64,000 nucleotides of DNA from a virus (IMGVR_UViG_2974637922_000001:96001-160000), one strand, 5' to 3'; shown: positions 1 to 9,756, counted from the first letter of the stretch. A program made the numbers and translations. The notes: generated by a model from the sequence alone, not told the origin.

Positions 1-1290
1 TATATTGATCCTATGAAGATCAAGTTTGTTCGTAAGATCAATAACAAAGCACAAAATAGTCCTATTGCAAGTAAGGTACTAACACTAAACAATACTGGAG
101 CACAGATTCCTAACGGTAGAAACGATGCTTTCAGTGCTGGTATTGATGAGTATTATGTTTATACTCCTGGCGCATCTACTGGTGGTTGTGGAACTGCTGG
201 TATGGCAGTTGGTAACTCAGCACAATCATCCATCAAGATTGCTAAAGATTCAATTGCCTACTGTAACTCTGGTCTAGTTGATAGAAACGCACAGACAGTT
301 TTGTCCTGGATTCACAAGGCAATCAAAGCGGCCAATCAACTCCGTATGATTGAAGACTCTATTGTTATCTACAGACTATCAAGAGCACCAGAAAGAAGAA
401 TCTTCTATATTGATGTTGGTAATCTACCCAAAGTAAAGGCAGAGCAATACCTACACCAGGTGATGCAGAGATATAGAAATAAGATGACGTATAACGCATC
501 TACTGGTGAGATGAAGAGTGATAAGAAAGTACTTTCTATGTTGGAAGACTTCTGGTTGCCTAGAAGAGAAGGTGGTAGAGGAACAGAAATCTCTACACTT
601 CCCGGTGGTCAGAACCTAGGTGAGATCAGTGACCTAGAGTATTTTAGGAATAGACTATATGATTCCCTAAACGTACCTCGTTCCAGACAACCTGGTTCCA
701 GCGATGGTTTTAGTTTGGGACGTTCCAGTGAAATTCTAAGGGATGAAGTTAAGTTCTCCAAGTTCGTAGCTAGACTCCGTAAGAGATTTGCTGGTCTATT
801 CAATGATATCCTAAAGACTCAACTGATTCTCAAGAATATCATTACTCCCGAAGATTGGGAGATGTTAAAGGATAACATCCAGTATGATTTCCTCTATGAC
901 AACCATTTTGCCGAACTCAAAGATACTGAACTTATGCAGGAGAGATTCAATCTCCTAGCACAGGCAGAACCTTATATCGGTAAGTATTATTCCCAACAGT
1001 ATATCAGAACTAAAATCCTCCGTCAAACTGACGGTGAGATGGTAGAGGAAGATAAGCAAATTGAGAAAGAAATTGAGAGTGGGGCTATTCCAGATCCCGC
1101 TCTTATTGATCCCATTACTGGGGAACAAATGATTCCTGGTGGTGAATCTCCACCTGTTCCAGGAGAAGATCAACCTCAAGATGGTGTTGGTGGTAAAGCT
1201 GAAATGGGAGCCCCTATTCAAGATAATGATGTGAAGGTTAACATTGATCGGTCTACCAAAATGCCTGAAAAGGGATTAGGTGAAATCTAA
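1..1290 (+). CDS. g20: Portal vertex protein gp20 (5' end outside window)
   Basis: RLSRAPERRIFYIDVGNLPKVKAEQY and MLEDFWLPRREGGRGTEISTLPGGQNLGEI; frame is open from the window start. Confidence 0.98.
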   Translation, partial: YIDPMKIKFVRKINNKAQNSPIASKVLTLNNTGAQIPNGRNDAFSAGIDEYYVYTPGASTGGCGTAGMAVGNSAQSSIKIAKDSIAYCNSGLVDRNAQTVLSWIHKAIKAANQLRMIEDSIVIYRLSRAPERRIFYIDVGNLPKVKAEQYLHQVMQRYRNKMTYNASTGEMKSDKKVLSMLEDFWLPRREGGRGTEISTLPGGQNLGEISDLEYFRNRLYDSLNVPRSRQPGSSDGFSLGRSSEILRDEVKFSKFVARLRKRFAGLFNDILKTQLILKNIITPEDWEMLKDNIQYDFLYDNHFAELKDTELMQERFNLLAQAEPYIGKYYSQQYIRTKILRQTDGEMVEEDKQIEKEIESGAIPDPALIDPITGEQMIPGGESPPVPGEDQPQDGVGGKAEMGAPIQDNDVKVNIDRSTKMPEKGLGEI

Positions 1291-1294
1291 ACCT

Positions 1295-1302
1295 AATAAA
1301 TA
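1295..1302 (+). promoter_or_regulatory. T4-type late promoter AATAAATA
   Basis: NATAAATA 20 nt upstream of the head-assembly gene at 1322. Confidence 0.6.
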
Positions 1303-1321
1303 AAACATATATCTTTTTATT

Positions 1322-1549
1322 ATGGAAATCGACACATCGGTTGTGGATGCCATTGTGAGTGGTGAAACACCCGCAGGTATTACACAATCCATTAAGGATC
1401 TTCTGTATGCAAAAGCAAGCGAAAGGGTTGATACCTATCGTGATGTAGTAGCAGACAGAATGTTTGGTGGTTCCGAAGTTCCCGAAGGGGAAACAGAAGA
1501 ACCAGTAGCCGAACTTGAGAGTGATGAGGAAGGGGTAGAAGAAGAGTGA
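1322..1549 (+). CDS. Small acidic prohead core protein (gp67/gp68 position)
   Basis: Lies between g20 and g21; very acidic C-terminus. Confidence 0.6.
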   Translation: MEIDTSVVDAIVSGETPAGITQSIKDLLYAKASERVDTYRDVVADRMFGGSEVPEGETEEPVAELESDEEGVEEE

Positions 1550-1803
1550 TTAAGATTGTATTCTCCGAGGTTGATAGTCCAACGGACTCTGACCAGGCAA
1601 TCAGTCTCAACAACTCTAGTGGTGTTAGGGCAATTAATTGTTCTAAAAAACCATATCTACTCTACCTAATCGATAACATAAGTGGAGAGACTAGATCACT
1701 TACATTAGTGAGTAATGAAAGTCTTATCCTTAAAAAACACAGTTACGATAAGGTATATGCTTCATCGAAAACTGTTCGTATCGCTGGAGTAAGCATCTAC
1801 TAA
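1546..1803 (+). CDS. Hypothetical protein
   Basis: ORF coupled between the core gene and g21. Confidence 0.6.
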   Translation: MIKIVFSEVDSPTDSDQAISLNNSSGVRAINCSKKPYLLYLIDNISGETRSLTLVSNESLILKKHSYDKVYASSKTVRIAGVSIY

Positions 1804-1804
1804 C

Positions 1805-2455
1805 ATGAAACTAATTACAGAAGAAATTAACAAGGTTGAATTTATTGTCGAAGAAAACAATGGCAAACAGTCATGTTTTATTGAGGGAAACTTCCTTCAG
1901 GGCAATATTAAAAACCGAAATGGTCGTGTCTATAGAACCGAGACACTAGCCCGTGAAGTTGCCCGTTACAATGAACAGTATGTTCAGAACGGACGCGCTC
2001 TCGGTGAACTTGGGCATCCTGATGGACCCACAGTTAACTTGGACCGAGTATCACATAACATTATTTCACTTCGTCAAGAGGGAAATAATTTCATAGGTAA
2101 GGCAAAACTTCTTGATACTCCTATGGGAAATATCGCTAAGAGCCTTATTGGTGAAGGTGTTAAGCTTGGTGTTTCTTCTCGTGGTGTTGGTTCCATTAGT
2201 GAAACGAAGCAAGGATATAAGCTTGTTGGTGAAGACTTTATGTTGGCAACCGCAGCTGATATTGTAGCTGATCCTAGTGCCCCAGACGCTTTTGTTCAGG
2301 GTATCATGGAAGGAAAAGAGTGGGTTTTTGTTAATGGACTCTTGAGAGAGAGTGACATTAAGAGCACACAGTCTACAATTGACAAACTAGTTGTCACAAG
2401 GGAACTTGAAGAGAAGAAGGTTCAACTTTTTCAAGATTTCCTTTCAAATCTATAA
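1805..2455 (+). CDS. g21: Prohead protease gp21
   Basis: NRNGRVY, ALGELGHP, LGVSSRGVGS, DIVADPSAPDAFV. Confidence 0.97.
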   Translation: MKLITEEINKVEFIVEENNGKQSCFIEGNFLQGNIKNRNGRVYRTETLAREVARYNEQYVQNGRALGELGHPDGPTVNLDRVSHNIISLRQEGNNFIGKAKLLDTPMGNIAKSLIGEGVKLGVSSRGVGSISETKQGYKLVGEDFMLATAADIVADPSAPDAFVQGIMEGKEWVFVNGLLRESDIKSTQSTIDKLVVTRELEEKKVQLFQDFLSNL

Positions 2456-2459
2456 ACTC

Positions 2460-2467
2460 TATAAATA
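2460..2467 (+). promoter_or_regulatory. Late promoter TATAAATA
   Basis: Exact gp55 consensus upstream of g22. Confidence 0.8.
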
Positions 2468-2524
2468 AACATAGATTTATATTATATAAATTACACTCGT
2501 CGGTAGCAACCTATTTTACAAGAC

Positions 2525-3628
2525 ATGGAAAACGTAGTAACGAAAGGTGCTAAGTCGGCTGAGGCTATGGATAAAGTCTCACCCAGCGTAGTACCCGGAC
2601 AGTCAATCACCGATCTCGGTGGTCCTACTCCCGAAAACTATACTAATGAGCCTGACGGCTCTGCGAAGCTTAATGACGCCGGTGGTCCCCTCAAGAAAGT
2701 TGAGGATGTGGTCACCAAAGGCGCTAAGAAGTCAGAAGGTATGGAAAAGGCATCCCCAGAACCACCATCTGGTGGAACAACTGATGCCCGATCCGCTTCT
2801 TCACAAGCTGAGAAAGTAACAACCAAACCCCCCGGTCAAACCACTAAGGAAGAGACTGAGGTAGAGGAAGAGGAAGTTCTTATTTCAGAAATTGATATTG
2901 AAGAAGACGTAACTGCACTTCTAAGTGGTGAGGAGCTCTCTGAAGAATTTCAGAGTAAGGCTCGTACCATCTTTGAAGCGGCCATCCGTAACAAGGTTGC
3001 TATCGCTAAAGAAGAACTCCAAGTAGCATACGAAACTCGCCTAGTTGAAGAACTAGAGCTAGTACGTGAGTCAGTCGCTAGTCGAGTTGACGCATACTTA
3101 GAGTACGTAGCCGATGAGTGGATGGCTGAAAACGCCATCGCCGTCGAACATGGACTAAGAACTGAAATGACAGAGAGCTTTATCTCTGGCATGAAGCAAC
3201 TATTTGACAGTCACTATGTTTCAATCCCTGAAGAGAGATTTGATGTAGTAGAGTCCATGGTTGAGAAACTTGATGAAATGGAAGAAAAACTCAATGAGCA
3301 AATTGAGCGTAACATCACCCTAAACAGCCGTTTAGGTCAAACTGTTGCTGAAGGTATCTTCATAGAAGTATCTGAAGGATTAGCTGAAACCCAAAAGGAT
3401 AAGCTTATCGCCCTTGCTGAAAACGTTGAGTTTGATAGTGAAGCAGGTTATCGTGAGAAACTAGAGAGTCTCAAGGAATCTTATTTCCCTGGTAGACCCT
3501 CAACTATCGCGAGCAGAAACAGTGTAGAGGACCTTACTGAAGAGGTTAACGTTGGTGGGGAAGCCCGTCAGGTTACCGGTTCAATGGCCGCCTACCTACA
3601 GACACTCGATAGAGTTTCTAAAAAGTGA
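2525..3628 (+). CDS. g22: Prohead scaffold gp22
   Basis: Acidic coiled coil with KARTIFEAA and YLEYVADEW; directly before g23. Confidence 0.93.
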   Translation: MENVVTKGAKSAEAMDKVSPSVVPGQSITDLGGPTPENYTNEPDGSAKLNDAGGPLKKVEDVVTKGAKKSEGMEKASPEPPSGGTTDARSASSQAEKVTTKPPGQTTKEETEVEEEEVLISEIDIEEDVTALLSGEELSEEFQSKARTIFEAAIRNKVAIAKEELQVAYETRLVEELELVRESVASRVDAYLEYVADEWMAENAIAVEHGLRTEMTESFISGMKQLFDSHYVSIPEERFDVVESMVEKLDEMEEKLNEQIERNITLNSRLGQTVAEGIFIEVSEGLAETQKDKLIALAENVEFDSEAGYREKLESLKESYFPGRPSTIASRNSVEDLTEEVNVGGEARQVTGSMAAYLQTLDRVSKK

Positions 3629-3681
3629 ATTCTAAATTATTAGATCAAACAAAACATTTTTAACAATAGGTTTTAAAACAA

Positions 3682-5085
3682 ATGTACAATTCCGCAAACT
3701 CCGAATTTCTCCAGGAGAAGTGGGCACCAATCCTCGAGCACGGTGAGTCCATCCAGGACGCACACAAGCGTGCCGTAACTGCCCAACTTCTAGAGAACCA
3801 GGAAGTAGCCCTTTCCGAAGAGCGTGCTTTCCTTTCAGAAGCTCCAACAGTAAACACCGACCCTAACGCAACTGGCAACGCTGGTTTCTCTGGTAATGGT
3901 GATCAATCAGTAGCTGGTTTCGATCCAGTACTCATCAGCCTCATCCGTCGTTCAATGCCTAACTTGATGGCATACGACCTTTGTGGTGTTCAACCAATGA
4001 ACGGTCCTACCGGTCTTATCTTCGCGATGAGAAGCCGTTATGACTCACAGACAGGCGACGAGACCTTCTACAACGAAGTCAACTCTGCCTTCTCCGCACA
4101 GAACCAGTCCGGTACAGCTACTCAGGGTAACTACTCTGGTCAAGTTGGCGCTGGTAACACAGTTGGTTTCGGTACAACCGCACAACGTGGTTCTAACCCT
4201 TCAATCCTCAACCCCGAGCCCGGTGACCAAGTTGGTTACAACGTAGGTCAGGGTATGTTGACCCAGGACGCTGAGAACCTTGGCGAAACTGGTACAGAGT
4301 TCAATGAGATGGGCTTCTCAATCGAGAAGGTCACCGTAACTGCTAAGTCACGGGCACTCAAGGCTCAGTACAGCATGGAATTGGCTCAGGATCTCAAAGC
4401 GATCCACGGTCTAAACGCCGAAGCTGAACTATCTAACATCCTCGCCTCTGAAATTCTTTCAGAGATCAACAGAGAAGTTGTTAGAACTATCTACAAGTCA
4501 GCTGTATTCGGTGCTCAGAACAACGTAGCCACTCCTGGTGTATTTGACCTAGACGTTGATTCCAACGGTAGATGGTCAGTTGAGAAGTTCAAAGGACTTA
4601 TCTTCCAGATCGAAAGAGACGCTAACGCGATCGCGCAACAAACTCGTAGAGGAAAGGGTAACTTCATCCTTTGTTCCGCGGATGTTGCTTCAGCTCTAAC
4701 CATGGCTGGTGTACTTGACTACACCCCAGCACTCAACGCTAACCTTAACGTTGATGACACCGGTAACACCTTCGCTGGTGTTCTACAAGGTAAGTATAGA
4801 GTCTACATTGACCCATACGCAGCTAACGTCAGCAACAACCAGTACTATGTCGCTGGTTACAAAGGTTCCTCACCTTATGACGCTGGTCTATTCTATTGTC
4901 CTTACGTTCCTCTCCAGATGGTTCGTTCAGTTGGACAGGACACCTTCCAGCCACGGATCGGATTTAAGACCCGCTACGGCATGGTCGCTAATCCTTTCGC
5001 TGAAGGTCTTGAGGCTGGATACGGACGTATCACCCCTAACTCCAACGTCTACTACAGACGCGTTCAAGTCAAAAATCTTATGTGA
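3682..5085 (+). CDS. g23: Major capsid protein gp23
   Basis: CGVQPMNGPTGLIFAMR, AKSRALKAQYSMELAQDLKAIHG, FQPRIGFKTRYG; maturation site AFLSE|A. Confidence 0.99.
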   Translation: MYNSANSEFLQEKWAPILEHGESIQDAHKRAVTAQLLENQEVALSEERAFLSEAPTVNTDPNATGNAGFSGNGDQSVAGFDPVLISLIRRSMPNLMAYDLCGVQPMNGPTGLIFAMRSRYDSQTGDETFYNEVNSAFSAQNQSGTATQGNYSGQVGAGNTVGFGTTAQRGSNPSILNPEPGDQVGYNVGQGMLTQDAENLGETGTEFNEMGFSIEKVTVTAKSRALKAQYSMELAQDLKAIHGLNAEAELSNILASEILSEINREVVRTIYKSAVFGAQNNVATPGVFDLDVDSNGRWSVEKFKGLIFQIERDANAIAQQTRRGKGNFILCSADVASALTMAGVLDYTPALNANLNVDDTGNTFAGVLQGKYRVYIDPYAANVSNNQYYVAGYKGSSPYDAGLFYCPYVPLQMVRSVGQDTFQPRIGFKTRYGMVANPFAEGLEAGYGRITPNSNVYYRRVQVKNLM

Positions 5086-5123
5086 TCCAATAGCTCCGAC
5101 GAGTTATCACATATGTGTTTCAC

Positions 5124-5148
5124 GAGGACCCTTCGGGGTCCTTTTTTT
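5124..5148 (+). terminator. Intrinsic terminator after g23
   Basis: AGGACCC-TTCG-GGGTCCT followed by a T run. Confidence 0.92.
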
Positions 5149-5217
5149 ATGCACTCATAAATGGGAGCAGAGTGGTGATATCCCTACATCATGTTGCCGG
5201 ACGCAAATACTTAATGT

Positions 5218-5225
5218 TATAAATA
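5218..5225 (+). promoter_or_regulatory. Late promoter TATAAATA
   Basis: Exact consensus upstream of the OMP gene. Confidence 0.75.
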
Positions 5226-5285
5226 CTAGGAATACATACCTAGTGTATGTGTTATACTTAACAGTCCGTATTCGGAGAAGAATTA

Positions 5286-5693
5286 ATGAGTCTTAAAATG
5301 ATTGCGCTAGCTAGTCTAGCTGCCCCCGCTGCACTACTAGCAGCACCTTCAGCACAAGCTGAAGTAATCTTTGCTGGCGAACCACAAGAACTAAGTGGTT
5401 TCTATGTAACCACCGAAGCCAACTCTGGTTGGACCGGTGATGACTACAGAGGATCCATCATTGATGTTCGCGCTGGTTACGAAGCCGCACTTACAGACAC
5501 AATCGACGCATATGTCGAAGTAGGTCCTGCCTTCCTAATGCCTGATGGTAGTGACAACACAACCGAAGTCGGAGCTGAAGTAGGTGCATCTATTGCCGCC
5601 ACCGATCACCTAGAATTCTACGGAGAATTCGAAGTCATCTCTGGTGATCTTAATGATTATGGCACCAAGTTTGGCGCTACATATCGCTTTTAG
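5286..5693 (+). CDS. Small outer-membrane beta-barrel protein with signal peptide
   Basis: Sec signal ending AQA; amphipathic strands; C-terminal GATYRF (terminal Phe). Confidence 0.75.
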   Translation: MSLKMIALASLAAPAALLAAPSAQAEVIFAGEPQELSGFYVTTEANSGWTGDDYRGSIIDVRAGYEAALTDTIDAYVEVGPAFLMPDGSDNTTEVGAEVGASIAATDHLEFYGEFEVISGDLNDYGTKFGATYRF

Positions 5694-5702
5694 TGTTATA
5701 AT
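5694..5702 (+). promoter_or_regulatory. Extended -10 sigma70-type promoter
   Basis: TGTTATAAT. Confidence 0.55.
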
Positions 5703-5730
5703 GTAAGTAGCTTGGGAAGCTGAGTTACTC

Positions 5731-5758
5731 ACCCCTACCCAAGCGGTGGGGGTTTTTT
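5731..5758 (+). terminator. Intrinsic terminator
   Basis: ACCCCTACC-CAAGC-GGTGGGGGT followed by a T run. Confidence 0.8.
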
Positions 5759-5777
5759 ATTGCCTAGATAAACAACT

Positions 5778-6038
5778 ATGAACGGATCATTAGACCCAGA
5801 CGAAAGAGTGTTGAGTGCTAACTCCAAACTATCAGAAGTACCAGTATCCCTACAAAGGGCTATTGATATTCTTGGTTGGGATGATGTAGACGACATTCGT
5901 GTAGAGATTGGTGGATGTGCTACTAGTGGTATTCACCAGAAAGAAGACGCAAACCCAAAGTGGTCTCGTGAATTTGGTGATACTGTCTATAACAAGGACG
6001 CGTTTATTGTTATCAAAAATAGAAGCAGAAGTCAATGA
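5778..6038 (+). CDS. Hypothetical protein
   Basis: ORF coupled to g3. Confidence 0.65.
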   Translation: MNGSLDPDERVLSANSKLSEVPVSLQRAIDILGWDDVDDIRVEIGGCATSGIHQKEDANPKWSREFGDTVYNKDAFIVIKNRSRSQ

Positions 6039-6616
6039 CCAACATCTACTACAAACAACTAGATAATAGAAACTTTATGAGTCCTATTGGATTCCAGTTT
6101 TCTATTGCTAGATATCCTAAAGTTTCTTTCTTTAGTAATAAAGCAGGACTACCTGAGATTCGTTTGGGTGGGGCAGAACAAGCCAACTATCTAAAACAGA
6201 TTATGCACCCTGGAGACAGGGTAGAGTATGGTGAACTCAATATTGAGTTCCTAGTGGACGAAGATATGTTGAACTATACTCTCATTCATAACTGGATTAC
6301 TGGATTGGGATTCCCAGAGACTCCCCAACAATTCAAAGATATCACCACCAATCAAAAAGGTGAAGATGATATGAAGATCCAGTATAGTGATGGAACACTT
6401 GCTATTTTGAATAGTAACTATAATACTATTGCGAAAGTTAAGTTCTGGGATCTATACCCCACTTCACTATCAACTCTTGAGTTCTCTGCTACAGATGCTG
6501 ATATCAATTACTTCATTGCAAGTACAACGTTCAGTTTCTTGTACTATCAGATCTTGGGTAAGGATAATGAACCCCTAACTCCTGAATTTGTAAACCAATC
6601 ATTGAATACTCGATGA
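6035..6616 (+). CDS. g3: Tail completion/sheath stabiliser gp3
   Basis: NRNFMSPIGFQF, PGDRVEYGEL, FLVDEDMLNY; precedes uvsY. Confidence 0.85.
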   Translation: MTNIYYKQLDNRNFMSPIGFQFSIARYPKVSFFSNKAGLPEIRLGGAEQANYLKQIMHPGDRVEYGELNIEFLVDEDMLNYTLIHNWITGLGFPETPQQFKDITTNQKGEDDMKIQYSDGTLAILNSNYNTIAKVKFWDLYPTSLSTLEFSATDADINYFIASTTFSFLYYQILGKDNEPLTPEFVNQSLNTR

Positions 6617-7047
6617 ACCTTGATGAACTTCAATCCATGTGGGAGCGTGACTCCAAGATGGATATGGATAACTTACACGATGAATCACTAAAGATACCCC
6701 AACTTCACCAGAAATACTTTACCCTGTATACCACTACCAAACTTCTAAAGAAGAAGGCAGAGGATACTATCAGTAAGGTGAGGTTGGAACGCCACAACTA
6801 CTATAGTGGCAAAGCCCCCGCAGAGGTATATGTGGAGGAACCCTTTCCATATAAGGTAAGGGACAAAGAATCTATGAACCTACACCTGAACGCAGATGAA
6901 AAACTGACGAAGGTGAAGTTGAAAATACAGTATTACGAAATGATGTTGGAGTATCTTGAGGATGTCCTCAGGATGATTCATGCACGTGGATACCAAATTA
7001 AAAACAGTATAGATTTCCTCCGGTTCCAAGCAGGGATCGGCATGTAA
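6613..7047 (+). CDS. uvsY: Recombination mediator UvsY
   Basis: SLKIPQLHQKY and RGYQIKNSIDF; synteny with uvsW. Confidence 0.88.
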   Translation: MNLDELQSMWERDSKMDMDNLHDESLKIPQLHQKYFTLYTTTKLLKKKAEDTISKVRLERHNYYSGKAPAEVYVEEPFPYKVRDKESMNLHLNADEKLTKVKLKIQYYEMMLEYLEDVLRMIHARGYQIKNSIDFLRFQAGIGM

Positions 7048-7052
7048 CAACT

Positions 7053-7241
7053 ATGAAACAATACGACTACTCAGTAGATCTCACAATAGATGATGTAAAA
7101 CTCATCCACCATTGTGTAACCAAGAGGATTGAAATGTGGGAGGGTTCTCCTGCACGTCCCCCAGAAGAACAAGAACACTTGTGGGCACTAAGGGATGGGT
7201 TTTTCACTATCATCCTAGAAGAAACATTTAATAGAAAGTAA
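7053..7241 (+). CDS. Hypothetical protein
   Basis: 62-aa ORF between uvsY and uvsW. Confidence 0.6.
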   Translation: MKQYDYSVDLTIDDVKLIHHCVTKRIEMWEGSPARPPEEQEHLWALRDGFFTIILEETFNRK

Positions 7242-7288
7242 TACTATTTGATGGCATATACATACTAATAGGTTATGCCTATTACATT

Positions 7289-8752
7289 ATGTCATCTGAC
7301 TTGACTATAACCAAAGTTAATGAAGTATATTTAAAAGTAGATTGTGACCCTCATATTCAGTATGAGTTGAGGGATGCTTTCTGCTTTGAAGTTCCTGGTG
7401 CTAAATTCCATCCGTCATACAGAAAGAAGTTCTGGGATGGAAATATTCACCTGTTCTCACCACAGACTAGACAACTATACGTAGGTCTATTGGATAGACT
7501 GATTGCCTTCTGTGATCAGTATGGGTATACGTATGCCTTTAAAGATAATAAGTTCTATGGTCTCCCATATGAGATTAACGAGAACATCTCCCCAGAAGGG
7601 GTTACAGACTGGGTGAAGTCTATTACCAGTTATAAACCCCGTGACTACCAGTTGCATGGTATCTACGCCGCTCTAAGGTCCAATAGGAAGTTGATTGTAT
7701 CTCCTACTGCATCTGGTAAGTCATTAATGATCTATGCCTTGGTGGCATACTACACACAGAAACACGAAAATATATTGATTGTTGTTCCTACTACATCTCT
7801 AGTGGAACAGATGTATAAGGATTTTGCAGACTACGGGTTTGATGTGGGAACGAACTGCCATAAGATATACGCTGGTAGAGAAAACACAACAGATAAACAA
7901 GTAACTATTACAACCTGGCAGTCTATCTACAAGTTACCTAAGACATACTTTCAGAAGTATAGTGTAGTGATTGGGGATGAAGCACACAACTTTAAGTCTA
8001 AGTCTCTAGTATCCATTATGAGTAAGTTGTGTGATGCAAAGTATAGATATGGGTTCACAGGTACTTTAGACGGGTCACAGACCCATAAGTGGGTGTTAGA
8101 GGGGTTGTTTGGTCCTTCATACAATACCATCAGAACAAAAGAGTTGATGGAGGCAGGTCATGTTGCTAAACTAGACATCAAAGTTCTTCTACTAAAACAT
8201 GATGAACAAATCTTTCCAAGATTTGAGGATGAAATCCAATATCTAATTGGACATGAGAAGAGAAACAAGTTTATCAGTAACTTATCTTTAGATCTAAAAG
8301 GTAACACTCTAGTTCTCTTTGCTAGGGTGGAGAAACACGGAGAGGTCCTCTACAATCTAATAAATAGTAAGGCAGAAGAGGGTAGAAACGTCTTCTTCGT
8401 TCATGGTGGTGTTGATGTAGAGTCCAGAGAACAGGTACGAACTATTACTGAGAGGGAGAACAATGCTATTATCATTGCCTCTTATGGAGTTTATAGTACG
8501 GGTATTAACATTAAAAACCTACACAACGTTATCTTTGCTTCCCCATCTAAGTCCAGGATCAGGAACCTGCAATCGATTGGTAGGGTACTGAGAAAGGGAA
8601 CAAATAAAGATAAGGCAATGTTATATGACATTGCTGATGACTGCACAAAAGGATCAAGAAGAAACTACACACTTAATCATCTTATAGAGAGGATCAAGAT
8701 TTACAACAATGAAAAGTTCAATTATGACATAGTAAATATCAATCTAAGGTAA
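7289..8752 (+). CDS. uvsW: SF2 helicase UvsW
   Basis: SPTASGKS, DEAH, GFTGT, QSIGRVLR. Confidence 0.97.
   Translation: MSSDLTITKVNEVYLKVDCDPHIQYELRDAFCFEVPGAKFHPSYRKKFWDGNIHLFSPQTRQLYVGLLDRLIAFCDQYGYTYAFKDNKFYGLPYEINENISPEGVTDWVKSITSYKPRDYQLHGIYAALRSNRKLIVSPTASGKSLMIYALVAYYTQKHENILIVVPTTSLVEQMYKDFADYGFDVGTNCHKIYAGRENTTDKQVTITTWQSIYKLPKTYFQKYSVVIGDEAHNFKSKSLVSIMSKLCDAKYRYGFTGTLDGSQTHKWVLEGLFGPSYNTIRTKELMEAGHVAKLDIKVLLLKHDEQIFPRFEDEIQYLIGHEKRNKFISNLSLDLKGNTLVLFARVEKHGEVLYNLINSKAEEGRNVFFVHGGVDVESREQVRTITERENNAIIIASYGVYSTGINIKNLHNVIFASPSKSRIRNLQSIGRVLRKGTNKDKAMLYDIADDCTKGSRRNYTLNHLIERIKIYNNEKFNYDIVNINLR
8359..8366 (+). promoter_or_regulatory. Possible late promoter inside uvsW
   Basis: AATAAATA overlapping the codons for L-I-N-S. 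Confidence 0.4.
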
Positions 8753-8756
8753 TCTT

Positions 8757-9161
8757 ATGAATGAGGTAAGACTAGCAGCAATCAAATTAGATAGTGGTGA
8801 AGAAATTATATGCTATGTCGTAGACGTAGTAGATAGGGGTTTGAATAAGAACCTTATAATTAAAGATCCACTTAAAGTTGAATATGTAGAAAGTACTAGA
8901 AAGAAAGCATATAAATTTACTCCATGGTTTCTACTAACTACAAGTAGGGAACATGAAATAGACATGAATAAGATCTTTGCTATCACAGGTGTCTATGATG
9001 AAGAAGTTAAAAAAGAATACACTAAATCATTTCACTTACAAATTGGACCACATAGTTTCAACCATACCAGTGAAACTGGTTATGTTGGATCAGTGAATAG
9101 GTTTAGAAAGCTTTTAGAGAAGATCTATAAGGAGGTGCCAAGTTCTCCTGATGAATGCTAA
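8757..9161 (+). CDS. Hypothetical protein, putative Sm-like beta fold
   Basis: N-terminal IKLDSGEEII motif. Confidence 0.65.
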   Translation: MNEVRLAAIKLDSGEEIICYVVDVVDRGLNKNLIIKDPLKVEYVESTRKKAYKFTPWFLLTTSREHEIDMNKIFAITGVYDEEVKKEYTKSFHLQIGPHSFNHTSETGYVGSVNRFRKLLEKIYKEVPSSPDEC

Positions 9162-9188
9162 GCGACCCCTTTTCAACTCCACAAGAGT

Positions 9189-9217
9189 ATTATAACGACC
9201 ACCTGTTCAAATGGCAA
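9189..9217 (-). promoter_or_regulatory. Antisense sigma70-type promoter
   Basis: TTGCCA-17nt-TATAAT on the minus strand. Confidence 0.6.
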
Positions 9218-9240
9218 GTATGAACCCCAAGGTATTCGTG

Positions 9241-9249
9241 TGTTATAAT
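9241..9249 (+). promoter_or_regulatory. Extended -10 promoter for g55
   Basis: TGTTATAAT 30 nt upstream of the ATG. Confidence 0.65.
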
Positions 9250-9279
9250 ATAAACATACTCAGATCCTAAGGAAATGAC

Positions 9280-9756
9280 ATGGCAAAGGCTAAATCAGAA
9301 CACTACGTAAACAATAAAGAGTTGCTAGCAGCACTCATCGATTATCGTGATAGGTTGGATATCGCAAGAAGAAGAGATTTACCTAAACCACGTATCAGTA
9401 ACTACGTAGGAGAGTGTTTCCTTAAGATTGCCACTCACCTTTCATACAAACCCAACTTCGTTAACTACATGTTCCGTGAGGACATGATCTCGGATGGTAT
9501 CGAGAACTGCGTACAATACATTCACAACTTTGACCCTAATAAGTCCAGAAACCCCTTTGCCTACTTCACTCAGATCATCCACTATGCTTTTCTGCGTAGG
9601 ATCCAAAGAGAGAAGAGACAACTAGACATCAAGAACAAGATTGTGGAGAAGACTGGTTTTGAGTCTCTGATGACAAGTGACACTAACTTGACAAACGAGT
9701 ATAGGAACGACTATAATGCCATCAGGGAAAACATTATTAACAAACTGAACTCATGA
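9280..9756 (+). CDS. g55: Late sigma factor gp55
   Basis: HYVNNKE, DMISDGIENC, NPFAYFTQI. Confidence 0.97.
   Translation: MAKAKSEHYVNNKELLAALIDYRDRLDIARRRDLPKPRISNYVGECFLKIATHLSYKPNFVNYMFREDMISDGIENCVQYIHNFDPNKSRNPFAYFTQIIHYAFLRRIQREKRQLDIKNKIVEKTGFESLMTSDTNLTNEYRNDYNAIRENIINKLNS
9688..9717 (+). promoter_or_regulatory. Sigma70 promoter inside the g55 3' end
   Basis: TTGACA-18nt-TATAAT, upstream of g47/g46. Confidence 0.65.

Noticed and set aside
4709-5296. 195-aa alternative-frame ORF overlapping g23
   Set aside because: Thr/Leu-rich shadow of g23 codon bias that runs through a strong terminator
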